This document shows positions 30,201 through 38,935 of a DNA stretch of 54,241 nt, one piece after another. The notes beneath the pieces were generated by a model. It did no database searches and was not told the origin of the DNA. It saw only the letters and a list, made by a program, of their open reading frames with translations. Source of the DNA: a virus. Its lineage: Duplodnaviria; Caudoviricetes. The position numbers and the translations under genes are program-made. The first letter of the stretch is position 1. The number at the start of each line of letters is the position of its first letter. The DNA lies in IMG/VR virus record IMGVR_UViG_3300022074_000054, positions 1 to 54,241 of that record; one strand, given 5' to 3'.

Positions 30201-31007
30201 AAAGCTTTGTTTACCGACTTACCGGGACTTGGGCAAAACGCTAAATTTTCAATGAAAGACTTTATGCTAAGTAAAGGTCTGGCTGACGAAGCAGAAATGG
30301 ATTTAGTACAAAAAGCCATCAAAACTTTACGTGGCGTGGAAGAGGCTTTTGCTACCAACAACTTTGAAAACGTCCTGTTTAAAAACCCTAGCATGGCCAA
30401 GCTGTTCTACGTCCGTATTGGTGGTGCTACTTTTGGTGCAGCCGCGCAGAACCAATTGAAGAAGTTTCTTGGTATGCCGCAAATGAGCGGCGGCCTTATC
30501 GCGGAGCAAACAGGTTCTGATCTGGTACAGCGTGTGTTGCTTCGCGGACCAGAGACACAGCGAATTAAGGTCATGACCGAAATGTTCCAAAACCCAAAGC
30601 TACTTGCTGCAATGATGAAAGACATCAACGACAAGAAACAAGCAGACGCCGCCATGTCGGCTCTTGAAAAGGTCTTTGAGCCACTGGCAAGACAAACCGG
30701 TAGAAGGCTACCCATCGGTATACGGCCTGTTATTGAGGAAGAGGATTACACTCCGCCTGAACCCGCGCCACGGCCCATGAGCCCTCCACCAAATTTACCC
30801 CCTGCTAATCAGCAAGGGTCATTGAATCCGCCTGCTTTGAATATTCCCACTCAAAGTGCGGATGCTGCGCCTATGCCCACTCAACTTGCTTCTGCGGCTC
30901 CCCAGCCATCCTCCCCTTCAGGACAAGTTGATAGGGCTAGGTTTGCAGCCTTATTCCCAGAAGACCGAGACCTTATGGGTATCGGCAGTTTGATGGGGCA
31001 AGGCTAA
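27201..31007 (+). CDS. Large putative internal virion/ejection protein
   Basis: 1268-aa helical protein with Gly/Ala hydrophobic patches; last large gene of the structural block. Confidence 0.6.
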   Translation: MAGEALVELTRPQFENLMETQGLDQTVDGILSIANEELELSAPLTRESLANGTHPILDQLDRYKGIAPEQRNVSPEEILTIFTNVEDYGKYDPEKGSFSGFKAAASGAGRMVPETVGAGVGFKAGLAAATPIAALIPPIGLPGLALKGIVYGAGGIGGAILGAFGAGEAEDALLGEAAPVVPSLEPAYRGGETGMFALSMLASPWKLAPSVPKAKTGAIEFLENFKQVSNGKFVDVADEAFQLAAKNAGLSEKAATKLFERASRARTAASQSGPMFGGGVGVNIGIGRFNPAGYLFDPRKGPVGARVVGGIEGGIDRSLRFARENPGKFLGAEGLVAAGSGTGAMIAQEVAPYDESARIGGELIGSFVIPIPAQIVLDSGPDAAKGLFRTLKAWYGNAANETTREGLLTDSLKRDSASRILQALNKSEEFANKVNKETGQLEMTADEKLTFFIEELGKAASEPRKGPDGEDIQLTVANLAKAAGLDFSPTLQTIERELAKSSDDLAVATGRGREELQAGAVQAIRALTATKDPLALAYAARIQQGLYEQNIMDGVDASVTKLMESASKVVGRDVAGGSDRVDLSEKLYDVLKNQIDLSKVRERRLWNEVGSYPLTQFYAKNGREIQQPNVLQLLDRPSRDGGLNFASKGAQRDLESTLSGYQKDIDDLRDYFQNGTGRNPATAQKFFEMRSGLMDRASELRKTGRTVAAGRLDKINDALLRDLTGQKDGASEGYNAARAYTFARNNVFTRSFLSDLTATDRNRGLVLDPQNLLDAAFRGGNLSTAKRFDQIKAAGRFLVDEGGIDEIEAQIMDADSLMSAALRDSLGKVMDSKRIPNPANPDEMIETFVVNQTKLDTWKGQPGTKELFALLPDLEVDLADAVSAQRAFDNMLTDVSNTMSPSRAKQLGFNEEQINNLYKTKAFQSVLEFEDPGKAVAQALSSQRPGLALNSLYRMVDEANYANSEFTREQAMAGLKAAIYNNALTKANNTAGLPNGDALQKALFTDLPGLGQNAKFSMKDFMLSKGLADEAEMDLVQKAIKTLRGVEEAFATNNFENVLFKNPSMAKLFYVRIGGATFGAAAQNQLKKFLGMPQMSGGLIAEQTGSDLVQRVLLRGPETQRIKVMTEMFQNPKLLAAMMKDINDKKQADAAMSALEKVFEPLARQTGRRLPIGIRPVIEEEDYTPPEPAPRPMSPPPNLPPANQQGSLNPPALNIPTQSADAAPMPTQLASAAPQPSSPSGQVDRARFAALFPEDRDLMGIGSLMGQG

Positions 31008-31855
31008 TGAGTATCTTTCAGGAATTTGGAGGCAGGTCGTCGTATTACACGGCTAACGAACTCGACCGTCTACAGAACCCTGAAAAGTACAATTACGACC
31101 AAGCCCAGTACGATGCGTTTGCGGCACAAGCGCAGAAAAAAGCCGACTCTCGGCAGGCCGCTTTGGAAGCATCGCAAGATGCTATACCGTATTCCTACGT
31201 GGGCCGCGGCACAGGAGCCACAAACCCGGCGTTTAGTTTTGCAGGATACAGTGGTCAAACGAGCGGCGGCACTTCTGGTCTGTCTGGCTTTGGTGGTCTT
31301 GCTGGTTTGTTTGGCGGAGGTTCAACAACCGAAACAACAGGAAGCACCACATCTGGTGGCGGCGGTGGCGGCGGCGGTGGCGGCGGTGGTCCACGCGACG
31401 ACCAAGGAAATGTACAACATAGAGCGGAGGGCGGCGTGATTACTTCACCGTATGCAAACCCCATGAAAATGCAGATGGGGCAGGTCAGAACAATGGAGGC
31501 TCGTTTACCGGAACCCGGTATTGGCGGGATGTTTGAAAGCTTGCAGCAGCAGTTTGGTCAACAAATGAACCAAATGCGATCTTCACCATTACGTGTTTAC
31601 ACCGATTACTTAAACCAAACTTACGTCGGGCCACAAGCGCAAGAAATGCAGGGGAAAGTTGAAGAGTTCGTAGACTTAGTAGATCAAGCCGAACGTGCGC
31701 ATTTTGGTGCAGAAGAAAGTTTTGGTTACGGACGGCCTATGCAACCACCGATGATGCAAAATCACCGCGCAGTAATGACAGAAATGCCTTTAATGCAGAC
31801 ACAAGGACCCGAATCAATGACTAGCGGCATTGCCTCACTGCCCCCTGCCTTTTAA
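31007..31855 (+). CDS. Hypothetical protein with poly-Gly tract
   Basis: 282 aa; 12 consecutive GGY codons at 31355-31390; ends GIASLPPAF. Confidence 0.7.
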   Translation: MSIFQEFGGRSSYYTANELDRLQNPEKYNYDQAQYDAFAAQAQKKADSRQAALEASQDAIPYSYVGRGTGATNPAFSFAGYSGQTSGGTSGLSGFGGLAGLFGGGSTTETTGSTTSGGGGGGGGGGGGPRDDQGNVQHRAEGGVITSPYANPMKMQMGQVRTMEARLPEPGIGGMFESLQQQFGQQMNQMRSSPLRVYTDYLNQTYVGPQAQEMQGKVEEFVDLVDQAERAHFGAEESFGYGRPMQPPMMQNHRAVMTEMPLMQTQGPESMTSGIASLPPAF

Positions 31856-31872
31856 GGATTAAAGTAAATGCT

Positions 31873-32232
31873 ATGGCAAACGTATCGGAAAACACAAACC
31901 TAACAATCCCACTCAAGAATATCTTGGGTATGATAGCCTTTACCTCTATCGCAACCATGGCGTACTTCACCATCGAATCGCGGCTCACGGCTCTCGAACA
32001 TCAACTCGAAATGACAGACGTGGACATTAAAGCGAACACAGAGTTCCGTATTCTCTGGCCTCGCGGACAGCTTGGCGCACTACCCGCAGACGCTCGACAG
32101 GACATGCTGCTTGAGGCTTTGGACAGGGATGTAAATGAGTTACGTGAATTACAAGAAAACGTTCATGAACTAACAATACGAATTGGTACAATCGAAGCTC
32201 TTCGCGATCAGCAGGAAGAGAGCAAAAACTAG
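31873..32232 (+). CDS. Hypothetical membrane-anchored coiled-coil protein
   Basis: N-terminal hydrophobic helix followed by heptads; converges on the helicase gene. Confidence 0.7.
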   Translation: MANVSENTNLTIPLKNILGMIAFTSIATMAYFTIESRLTALEHQLEMTDVDIKANTEFRILWPRGQLGALPADARQDMLLEALDRDVNELRELQENVHELTIRIGTIEALRDQQEESKN

Positions 32233-33677
32233 CGCAACCAGTCCTGCACTTCTTCGCCCAATACCTTGCCCGCTATGTCAATCTTGTTGCGTAACGCTTC
32301 CAGTATCTTTTCATCTATGGTGCCCGGAGACACTAGGTCAATGTACGTGACCTTGTTGTCTTGACCAATACGGTGCGCCCGGTCTTCCGACTGCAACCGT
32401 ATTTCTAAGTCATAGCTGTTGCTGTAATACACAACAGTGTTAGCCGCAGTCAATGTGATCCCATAACCGCCTGTCTTTGGCTGCCCCACAAAGAACCGCA
32501 GCGGGTGGTCTTTCTGTTGAAAGTTTTCCACAATTTGCTGCCGCTCGTCTTGCGGTGTAGCCCCGTAGTAGGTTGCGACCGATTCGGGCCCGAACCGGTC
32601 GCGCAGGGCAGAAGCCACCTGTTGGATGTCGTGTGTATACGTCGCCCAAATGATAGCTTTTCCCTGTAACTCTTCAGTAACGTCGAGCAGTTCGTTCAAA
32701 CGGTTGCTCTTTACCGTCTGCACCTCTCCGTCATCTGGCTGCAAATGTCCGCAGCAAATCTGTTGTAGTCGCATGATTTGTGTCAGTACGCTTGCAGTCG
32801 TGGCCAACTCGCCACTCTCAAGCTTGGCAAGCGCCAGCTTCTTCATCTGCACGTACAGTTTGACTTGTTCGGGTGTGAGGGCGACTTCCCTTCGAGTGTA
32901 AACCTTGACTGGAAGATCAAGGCAATCGACTTTTAGAACACGGTTACTGAACCGATCTAACTTTTCAGAAAGTTCGTCTAAGCGTCGATAGCCCACAATC
33001 TGCTGGAAGCTGCGGTGACCCATTTGGCGTTTCTGCACATTGGCGTACCGCGCTTGGAAAGCAAAGTAGCTGTTAAAGCCCAAAGCCTTTTCGGCAAGGA
33101 AGTTACATTGGCTGAACAGGTCCATAGGGCTCTTGGTAATAGGGGAGCCGGTCAATATCCGGCGGTATTTAGCCCGTTCCTGCAAAGCGATGATGTTCTT
33201 CGTCCTCGCAGCCTTCCTATTCTTTATTGTAGTTGATTCGTCAATAATCACAATGTTGTCGGGATTCTGGTACAGATACGCAACGGCTGCCTCTGTCCCG
33301 CGTTGTGATGAGAACGCTTCGATGTTCATTACGAAGACCTTCAATTTTGGATCACGGTCCACGATGAAATCTTTCAGGTCACTTTCATAACGCTGCGTCT
33401 TAGCCGGTATCCAGCGCATCACCTCTCTTGGTATACGCTTGGGCAAATGTATCGGCACCTCACCCTTGACCCAGTTGTCATACACCCCTTTCGGCGCAAC
33501 GATCAACGCGGCTTTTATCTTGCCTGCCTCGTACAAAGCACCCATGGTATCTATAGCTACCTTCGACTTTCCCGTGCCCATCTCCATAAGCAACGCATAG
33601 TATTCCGCGGCCCACGAGTCTTCAAAAGCTACCCGTTGGTGGTCGTATGGTTGGGTCTCATATTCGTAGCCAGTCAT
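32229..33677 (-). CDS. SNF2-family (SF2) helicase
   Basis: MEMGTGKS (motif I), IIDEST (II), LTGSP (III), GYGITLT, QSEDRAHRIGQ (VI). Confidence 0.92.
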   Translation of the reverse strand: MTGYEYETQPYDHQRVAFEDSWAAEYYALLMEMGTGKSKVAIDTMGALYEAGKIKAALIVAPKGVYDNWVKGEVPIHLPKRIPREVMRWIPAKTQRYESDLKDFIVDRDPKLKVFVMNIEAFSSQRGTEAAVAYLYQNPDNIVIIDESTTIKNRKAARTKNIIALQERAKYRRILTGSPITKSPMDLFSQCNFLAEKALGFNSYFAFQARYANVQKRQMGHRSFQQIVGYRRLDELSEKLDRFSNRVLKVDCLDLPVKVYTRREVALTPEQVKLYVQMKKLALAKLESGELATTASVLTQIMRLQQICCGHLQPDDGEVQTVKSNRLNELLDVTEELQGKAIIWATYTHDIQQVASALRDRFGPESVATYYGATPQDERQQIVENFQQKDHPLRFFVGQPKTGGYGITLTAANTVVYYSNSYDLEIRLQSEDRAHRIGQDNKVTYIDLVSPGTIDEKILEALRNKIDIAGKVLGEEVQDWLR

Positions 33678-33702
33678 TGTTGCCCCTATTTTTTAAAATC
33701 GC

Positions 33703-33736
33703 TTGACTTTAAAATTGTATAAGATATTATCCTAAA
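33703..33736 (+). promoter_or_regulatory. sigma70-like promoter in the divergent replication gap, with operator-like boxes
   Basis: TTGACT at 33703, TATTAT at 33725; TATAAGAT at 33718-33725. Confidence 0.6.
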
Positions 33737-33782
33737 TTGTCAAGGCCCAAACGGTGCCTTTAACCACGAAAGGAGAAACACG

Positions 33783-34367
33783 ATGAGTGATGACCTAAAG
33801 AGACTGATGGAGCAGGATTTTGAAAATACTGCTGCTTCGTCCGTTGATAAAATTGACCAGCAAGGGCTTACTTCGGTAGCTGCGTTGGCCAGAACAATCC
33901 GTGACAAAGAAGAACGAATCTCTTTCCTTGAGCAGTCGCTCAAAGAAGAGAAGAAGACTTTGATGAAACTCACGGATGAAGAAATGCCGTCGATGCTTGC
34001 AGAGATTGGTATGTCTTCATTTGCACTAGATGACGGTTCAACCGTCGAGGTTAAACAAACCTATGGTGCTTCCATTCTAGTTGATAAACGTCCCGAAGCT
34101 TACGAGTGGCTACGTGATAACGGATACGATGACATTATTAAAAACACTGTCGCGTGTCAGTTTGGCCGTGGTGAGGACGATCAAGCTAGTGCCTTTGCTG
34201 CTTTCGCGCAACAGCAAGGTTATGTTCCCGACCAAAAGACAGAGGTTCACCCTCAAACACTTCGTGCGTTCGTCAAAGAACGTTGTGAAGCGGGAGAGGA
34301 TTTTCCGATGGAATTGTTTGGTGCATGGGTAGGTCAACGCGCAGTTATAAAGCGAGGAAAAAAGTAA
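33783..34367 (+). CDS. Conserved replication-module protein
   Basis: AYEWLRDNGYDDIIKN and VHPQTLRAFVKE motifs; AAGGAG RBS. Confidence 0.75.
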   Translation: MSDDLKRLMEQDFENTAASSVDKIDQQGLTSVAALARTIRDKEERISFLEQSLKEEKKTLMKLTDEEMPSMLAEIGMSSFALDDGSTVEVKQTYGASILVDKRPEAYEWLRDNGYDDIIKNTVACQFGRGEDDQASAFAAFAQQQGYVPDQKTEVHPQTLRAFVKERCEAGEDFPMELFGAWVGQRAVIKRGKK

Positions 34368-35143
34368 TGACTAAGAAAAATGAAGTAGCCGAAGCGGCAA
34401 AAAACGAAGTGGCAGTGTTTAACCCTGCCATGATGGAGCAGGATGCCGGAGCAGGCATGGACAATATGGGCACAGAAGACTTAGCTCTTCCGTTCCTGAA
34501 AGTCTTGTCTGGCAACGATCCTGTATTGGATGACGAAAGTGTCGATGCTCGTAAGGGCGATATATACAACACCGTTACTGGGTTGGCGTACAAAGGAAAG
34601 GAAGGGGTGCGTGTCGTACCTTGTGCTTACCAGCGTAGGTTTATCCAGTGGGCTCCGCGTGGCAGCGGAAGCGGTGCGCCTTTGGCAATTTACGAGCCGG
34701 GACAGGAGCGTCCAAAGACAGAGCGTTCCACTGATGACAACAAAGAATACGTTGTCGGAGGTGATGGTGACTACATCGAAGAAACTCACCAGCACTTTGT
34801 ACTCCTTATCAACGAAGATGGGTCACACGAGACGGCCCTTATCGCTATGAAATCTACCCAGCTTAAAAAGAGCCGGAAGTGGAATAGCATGATGGCGTCT
34901 CGCTCAATGCAAGGTGCTAACGGGCCGTTTACCCCGCCCCGCTTTAGCCACATTTACCATCTCAAGACCATTGCCGAAGAGAACTCAAAAGGTTCGTGGC
35001 ACGGTTGGGAAATGTCCTGTGAAGGCGTCATTGAGGACGGCGCTCTGTATACCCGTGCGAAGGCGTTTGCAGAGAGCATCACCGCAGGCGATGTTGTGGT
35101 GAAACATACGGATGACGAAGAAAACGGCTCAACACCGTTTTAA
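34367..35143 (+). CDS. Putative single-stranded DNA-binding protein
   Basis: Start re-assigned to ATG 34367 (TAATG); DLALPFLKVL and MKSTQLKKSRKWN motifs; acidic tail ending PF. Confidence 0.6.
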   Translation: MTKKNEVAEAAKNEVAVFNPAMMEQDAGAGMDNMGTEDLALPFLKVLSGNDPVLDDESVDARKGDIYNTVTGLAYKGKEGVRVVPCAYQRRFIQWAPRGSGSGAPLAIYEPGQERPKTERSTDDNKEYVVGGDGDYIEETHQHFVLLINEDGSHETALIAMKSTQLKKSRKWNSMMASRSMQGANGPFTPPRFSHIYHLKTIAEENSKGSWHGWEMSCEGVIEDGALYTRAKAFAESITAGDVVVKHTDDEENGSTPF

Positions 35144-35153
35144 TGAGTCACTT

Positions 35154-35182
35154 GGCGGGGCCTAGCGCCCCGCCGTTCTTTT
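35154..35182 (+). terminator. Probable intrinsic terminator
   Basis: GGCGGGGC-CTAGC-GCCCCGCC followed by GTTCTTTT. Confidence 0.6.
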
Positions 35183-35198
35183 CCGTATGGGGGCACAC

Positions 35199-36737
35199 AT
35201 GTCAGTAGAAAAATTTATGGCCATATTTGATGGCCTGAAAGAAGCCCACGGCTACTTTAAGATCGAAAAAACTGCCGCCAATGGTAAGGCGCAAGGTAAG
35301 GCAGGCGTAACACGTGAACCCAGAACGAAGAAACTTTGGGAAAACCACTTGTCCGGCAAGGGCAATGGATTGGGTATCATCCCGATCAACGAAGACAACA
35401 TGTGCAAATGGGGTTGCATTGACGTGGACCAGTATCCACTCGACCACAAGCACCTTGTTGATAAGATAAGAAAGTTAAAACTACCTTTAGTAGTGTGCCG
35501 CAGCAAGTCAGGCGGTGCGCATTGTTTTCTGTTCTCAACCGAATGGGTTTCAGCAAAAGACATGCAGAAGTCTCTGCAACACATGTCCGCGGCCCTCGGC
35601 TATGGCGAGAGCGAGATATTTCCAAAACAGATTAAGCTGCACTTAGACCGTGGTGACGTTGGAAACTTTCTCAATCTGCCCTACTACGATCACGAGAACG
35701 GCCTGCGTTACGCATTCCTAGATGACGGCACATCTGCCGACTTAGATGAATTTATTGAGCTACACCAAAAGTTTGCTCAAACCCCAGAAGAAATTGTTAA
35801 GCTTCAGATAGTGGACACGGGTGAAAAAGACCTGCTGAAAGACGGTCCACCCTGTTTGCAGATACTGTGCAAGCAGCGCATTAGTGAAGGAGGCAGAAAC
35901 AATGGCCTATTCAATATCGGGGTTTACTTACGCAAGGCGTACCCAGATAGCTACGAATCGGAAATACTACGCTACAACATGGAGTACCTATCTCCGCCAT
36001 TGCCACTGCCAGAGGTCAACATAGTTGCCAAGCAGCTAGACCGCAAAGACTACGCTTACAAATGCTCTGACGCGCCAATCAACGCGCACTGCAACAAAGA
36101 ACTGTGCCGTACCCGTAAATTCGGCATAGGAGCCGCTGTAGCGGGCGCTACGATAGCAAACCTGCGGAAGTATAACTCTACCCCGCCTGTCTGGTTTATG
36201 GACGTTAACGGCGAACCACTGGAGCTAGACACGGATGCTCTGATGAGCCAACCGATGTTCCAAAAGAACTGCATGGAGCAACTGAACTTCATGCCCCGAT
36301 CCGTTGCCAAGCAGCAATGGGAAAGCCGGATCAGTACGCTCATGTCCGAAATGCGCGACAACGAAAGCGCGATCATGGAAGTGGCACAAGACGCCAGTAT
36401 TAGCGGGCAGTTTTACGATTACCTCGAAGAGTTTTGCAGCCACCTACAGCAAGCGCAGGATAAAGAAGAAATCCTGCTCCGCCGCCCATGGACCGATGAG
36501 GAGGAAGAGGTCACGTACTTCCGTCTCAAAGACTTTGAAAGCTATCTCAAAAAGAATAAGTTTTTCGAATATAAGTCTCACAAAATTGCGCAGCGTCTTC
36601 GTGATATTAATGGCGAGAGTATGGTTCTCAAGATTAAGGGTCGGTCTGTACGAGTATGGAAGATACCGGCCTTTGAAAGCGCCGACGTTGAGATAAAGTC
36701 GCCCGCCTTTGGTAACCAAGAGGAGGCTCCGTTTTGA
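35199..36737 (+). CDS. AEP-type primase with PriCT-like domain
   Basis: WGCIDVD (DxD), RSKSGGAH, NLPY, and EGGRNNGLFNIG PriCT motif. Confidence 0.8.
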   Translation: MSVEKFMAIFDGLKEAHGYFKIEKTAANGKAQGKAGVTREPRTKKLWENHLSGKGNGLGIIPINEDNMCKWGCIDVDQYPLDHKHLVDKIRKLKLPLVVCRSKSGGAHCFLFSTEWVSAKDMQKSLQHMSAALGYGESEIFPKQIKLHLDRGDVGNFLNLPYYDHENGLRYAFLDDGTSADLDEFIELHQKFAQTPEEIVKLQIVDTGEKDLLKDGPPCLQILCKQRISEGGRNNGLFNIGVYLRKAYPDSYESEILRYNMEYLSPPLPLPEVNIVAKQLDRKDYAYKCSDAPINAHCNKELCRTRKFGIGAAVAGATIANLRKYNSTPPVWFMDVNGEPLELDTDALMSQPMFQKNCMEQLNFMPRSVAKQQWESRISTLMSEMRDNESAIMEVAQDASISGQFYDYLEEFCSHLQQAQDKEEILLRRPWTDEEEEVTYFRLKDFESYLKKNKFFEYKSHKIAQRLRDINGESMVLKIKGRSVRVWKIPAFESADVEIKSPAFGNQEEAPF

Positions 36738-36880
36738 GCAGTCTGTCGAAGCAAGACCGTGATAAAGAAATCGTTCGGCTGATTGACAAAGAACGAATGA
36801 CAATGACCGCAGTAGCCAAGCTATTCGGTATCTCAAAGCAGAGAGTGCAACAAATATACCGAAGGGAAAAAGATGTTTAG
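36734..36880 (+). CDS. 48-aa HTH protein, sigma70 region-4-like (not in ORF track)
   Basis: AGGAGG RBS at 36721, TTG start overlapping the primase stop; MTMTAVAKLFGISKQRVQQI. Confidence 0.75.
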   Translation: MSSLSKQDRDKEIVRLIDKERMTMTAVAKLFGISKQRVQQIYRREKDV

Positions 36881-38390
36881 AATTTTTGGACCGCCGGGTA
36901 CAGGTAAGACCACAACCTTGCTCAACATGGTTGATAAGGCGCTGGAAGAGGGAACACCACCCCATCGCATTGCCTTCTTGGCCTTTACTCGAAAAGCGGC
37001 AAATGAGGCAAAAGAACGGGCGGCTGTCCGTTTTAACCTTGACCCCAAGCACGACTTAATCTTCTTCCGGACGCTGCACAGTCTGGCGCTAACCATGTCA
37101 GATATACGATCAGAGCAGGTGATGCAGGAAGAAAACTATCGGGAACTTAGTCGGGCCATTGGTGTCGAACTGGGCGGCCAAAAGAACACGTCAATAGACG
37201 ATGACGTGCCCAGCATGGTAGCCAGCAGCGACCCGATCCTTGGGCTGATTAACTTAGCCCGACTGCGCAAGGTTCCACTACGGGACCAATACAACATCAG
37301 TGACATTGAGCATGATTGGAACACCGTTAACTTTGTCGATAAGTGCTTGCGTGAATACAAAGAAAGCATGGGCCTGTTTGACTTTACGGACATGCTTGAA
37401 CACTTTGCCAACGGGGATGAAAAGTTTTGCCCAGAATTTGATCTGTGCTTTTTAGATGAAGCCCAAGACTTGTCCCCGCTCCAGTGGGACATAGCCCACC
37501 TGCTCGACCGTCGATCCAAGAAGATGTACTGCGCCGGAGACGATGACCAAGCCATCTACCGGTGGGCGGGTGCAGACGTAGACCACTTCATTAACCTGCC
37601 CGGTGGTTCAGAAATACTGTCGCAGTCTTACCGAATACCCAAACGTGTGCATGATGTGGCAGAGAATGTCGTGCGTCGCATCGCCAGACGGTTTCCGAAA
37701 GACTACGAACCCCGTAAAGAACCCGGCAATGTGACGCGGATTACTACTATCAATTCCCTCGACATGGCGCAAGGAGACTGGTTGATTTTGTCGCAAGCGG
37801 GATACCAACTCACCCCCGTGGCCAACGACCTCAAGTCCAACGGCTACCTGTTCAACTACCGCGGCAGACGGTCCATTAGCGAAAAGGTGAGCGAGGCCGT
37901 CAACGGCTGGGAGCAAGTGCGCAAAGGAAAAGAAATAACCGGCAGCGTAGCGCGTATAATATACAGCTATATGGCAATAGGTGACCGATTAACACGCGGC
38001 TTTAAAAAACTGCCGGGAGTAGATGACAACGAGCTAGTCACCTTTGACGCTCTGACCGAACACCACGGTCTAAAAGCAACAAAGGATATGATCTGGTCCG
38101 TCGCCATGGACAAGCTGCCCGATACCGACCGGGCCTATGTCACAGCACTCCTTAGAAGAGGAGAGAAGTTTAATGGGATTCCCCGCATAACAGCGTCCAC
38201 GATCCACGGATCAAAGGGCGGCGAGGCCGATAACGTCGTACTGTTCACGGACCTCAGTCCAGCAGCTGATACACAATTCCAGAAAAACCCGGACGATACT
38301 CATAGAGTTTTCTATGTAGGTGTAACCCGTGCTAAAAAGAACTTATACATTGTAGACGCAGAAGACGTATCACGGAGTTATGACCTATGA
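36873..38390 (+). CDS. uvrD: UvrD/Rep-family SF1 helicase
   Basis: GPPGTGKT, LAFTRKAA, DEAQD, GDDDQAIY, QSYR, STIHGSKGGEAD, YVGVTRAK. Confidence 0.92.
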   Translation: MFRIFGPPGTGKTTTLLNMVDKALEEGTPPHRIAFLAFTRKAANEAKERAAVRFNLDPKHDLIFFRTLHSLALTMSDIRSEQVMQEENYRELSRAIGVELGGQKNTSIDDDVPSMVASSDPILGLINLARLRKVPLRDQYNISDIEHDWNTVNFVDKCLREYKESMGLFDFTDMLEHFANGDEKFCPEFDLCFLDEAQDLSPLQWDIAHLLDRRSKKMYCAGDDDQAIYRWAGADVDHFINLPGGSEILSQSYRIPKRVHDVAENVVRRIARRFPKDYEPRKEPGNVTRITTINSLDMAQGDWLILSQAGYQLTPVANDLKSNGYLFNYRGRRSISEKVSEAVNGWEQVRKGKEITGSVARIIYSYMAIGDRLTRGFKKLPGVDDNELVTFDALTEHHGLKATKDMIWSVAMDKLPDTDRAYVTALLRRGEKFNGIPRITASTIHGSKGGEADNVVLFTDLSPAADTQFQKNPDDTHRVFYVGVTRAKKNLYIVDAEDVSRSYDL

Positions 38391-38593
38391 CCAAAATTAC
38401 ATTCAGACAATATATGGAAATGATGCAGGAGGCTGAAGCCAAATACGGCGTGGTTTACGAAAGCGAAGTTTCCAAAAGAGACTGGGATAACCCGCTCATA
38501 AAGGACGAGGACATACCCGGTCTTACCTTACAATGGGACCAAGAACTCAAAGAATGGTGCGTATTCGGCCCCCTTAACCAGACGGTACATTAA
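38387..38593 (+). CDS. Hypothetical protein
   Basis: 68-aa ORF with ATGA overlap. Confidence 0.65.
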   Translation: MTKITFRQYMEMMQEAEAKYGVVYESEVSKRDWDNPLIKDEDIPGLTLQWDQELKEWCVFGPLNQTVH

Positions 38594-38935
38594 ATGAAAA
38601 GAGAAGCATTACTTCACGCGGCAGAGAAACTTATCAACGGCCCGCGGGCCAAAGACTACGGGGACGCTTTGCATAACCATAAGCGGATTGCTGCCGGATG
38701 GAACGTAATCGTGGAGGGCGCTATGACAAGCCATGGCTTTCTAACGCCCGCACACGTCGCCTTGATGATGGACTGGGTTAAGACCAGCAGATTGGTGGAA
38801 AGCATTGACCACGAGGACTCGTGGATAGACAAAGCAGGGTACACGGCTCTGGGAACAGAATTTGTACACGAAACCAAATCATCGGGGAACACTAATGGCA
38901 AAACTACAAATGAGCATGTTCGCACCAAAAAGTGA
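38594..38935 (+). CDS. DUF6378-like phage protein
   Basis: LINGPRAKDYGD and DSWIDKAGY motifs. Confidence 0.75.
   Translation: MKREALLHAAEKLINGPRAKDYGDALHNHKRIAAGWNVIVEGAMTSHGFLTPAHVALMMDWVKTSRLVESIDHEDSWIDKAGYTALGTEFVHETKSSGNTNGKTTNEHVRTKK

Noticed and set aside
31355-31390. GGY triplet run as a phase-variable repeat
   Set aside because: In-frame mixed GGT/GGC codons encoding a Gly linker; slippage would not change the frame
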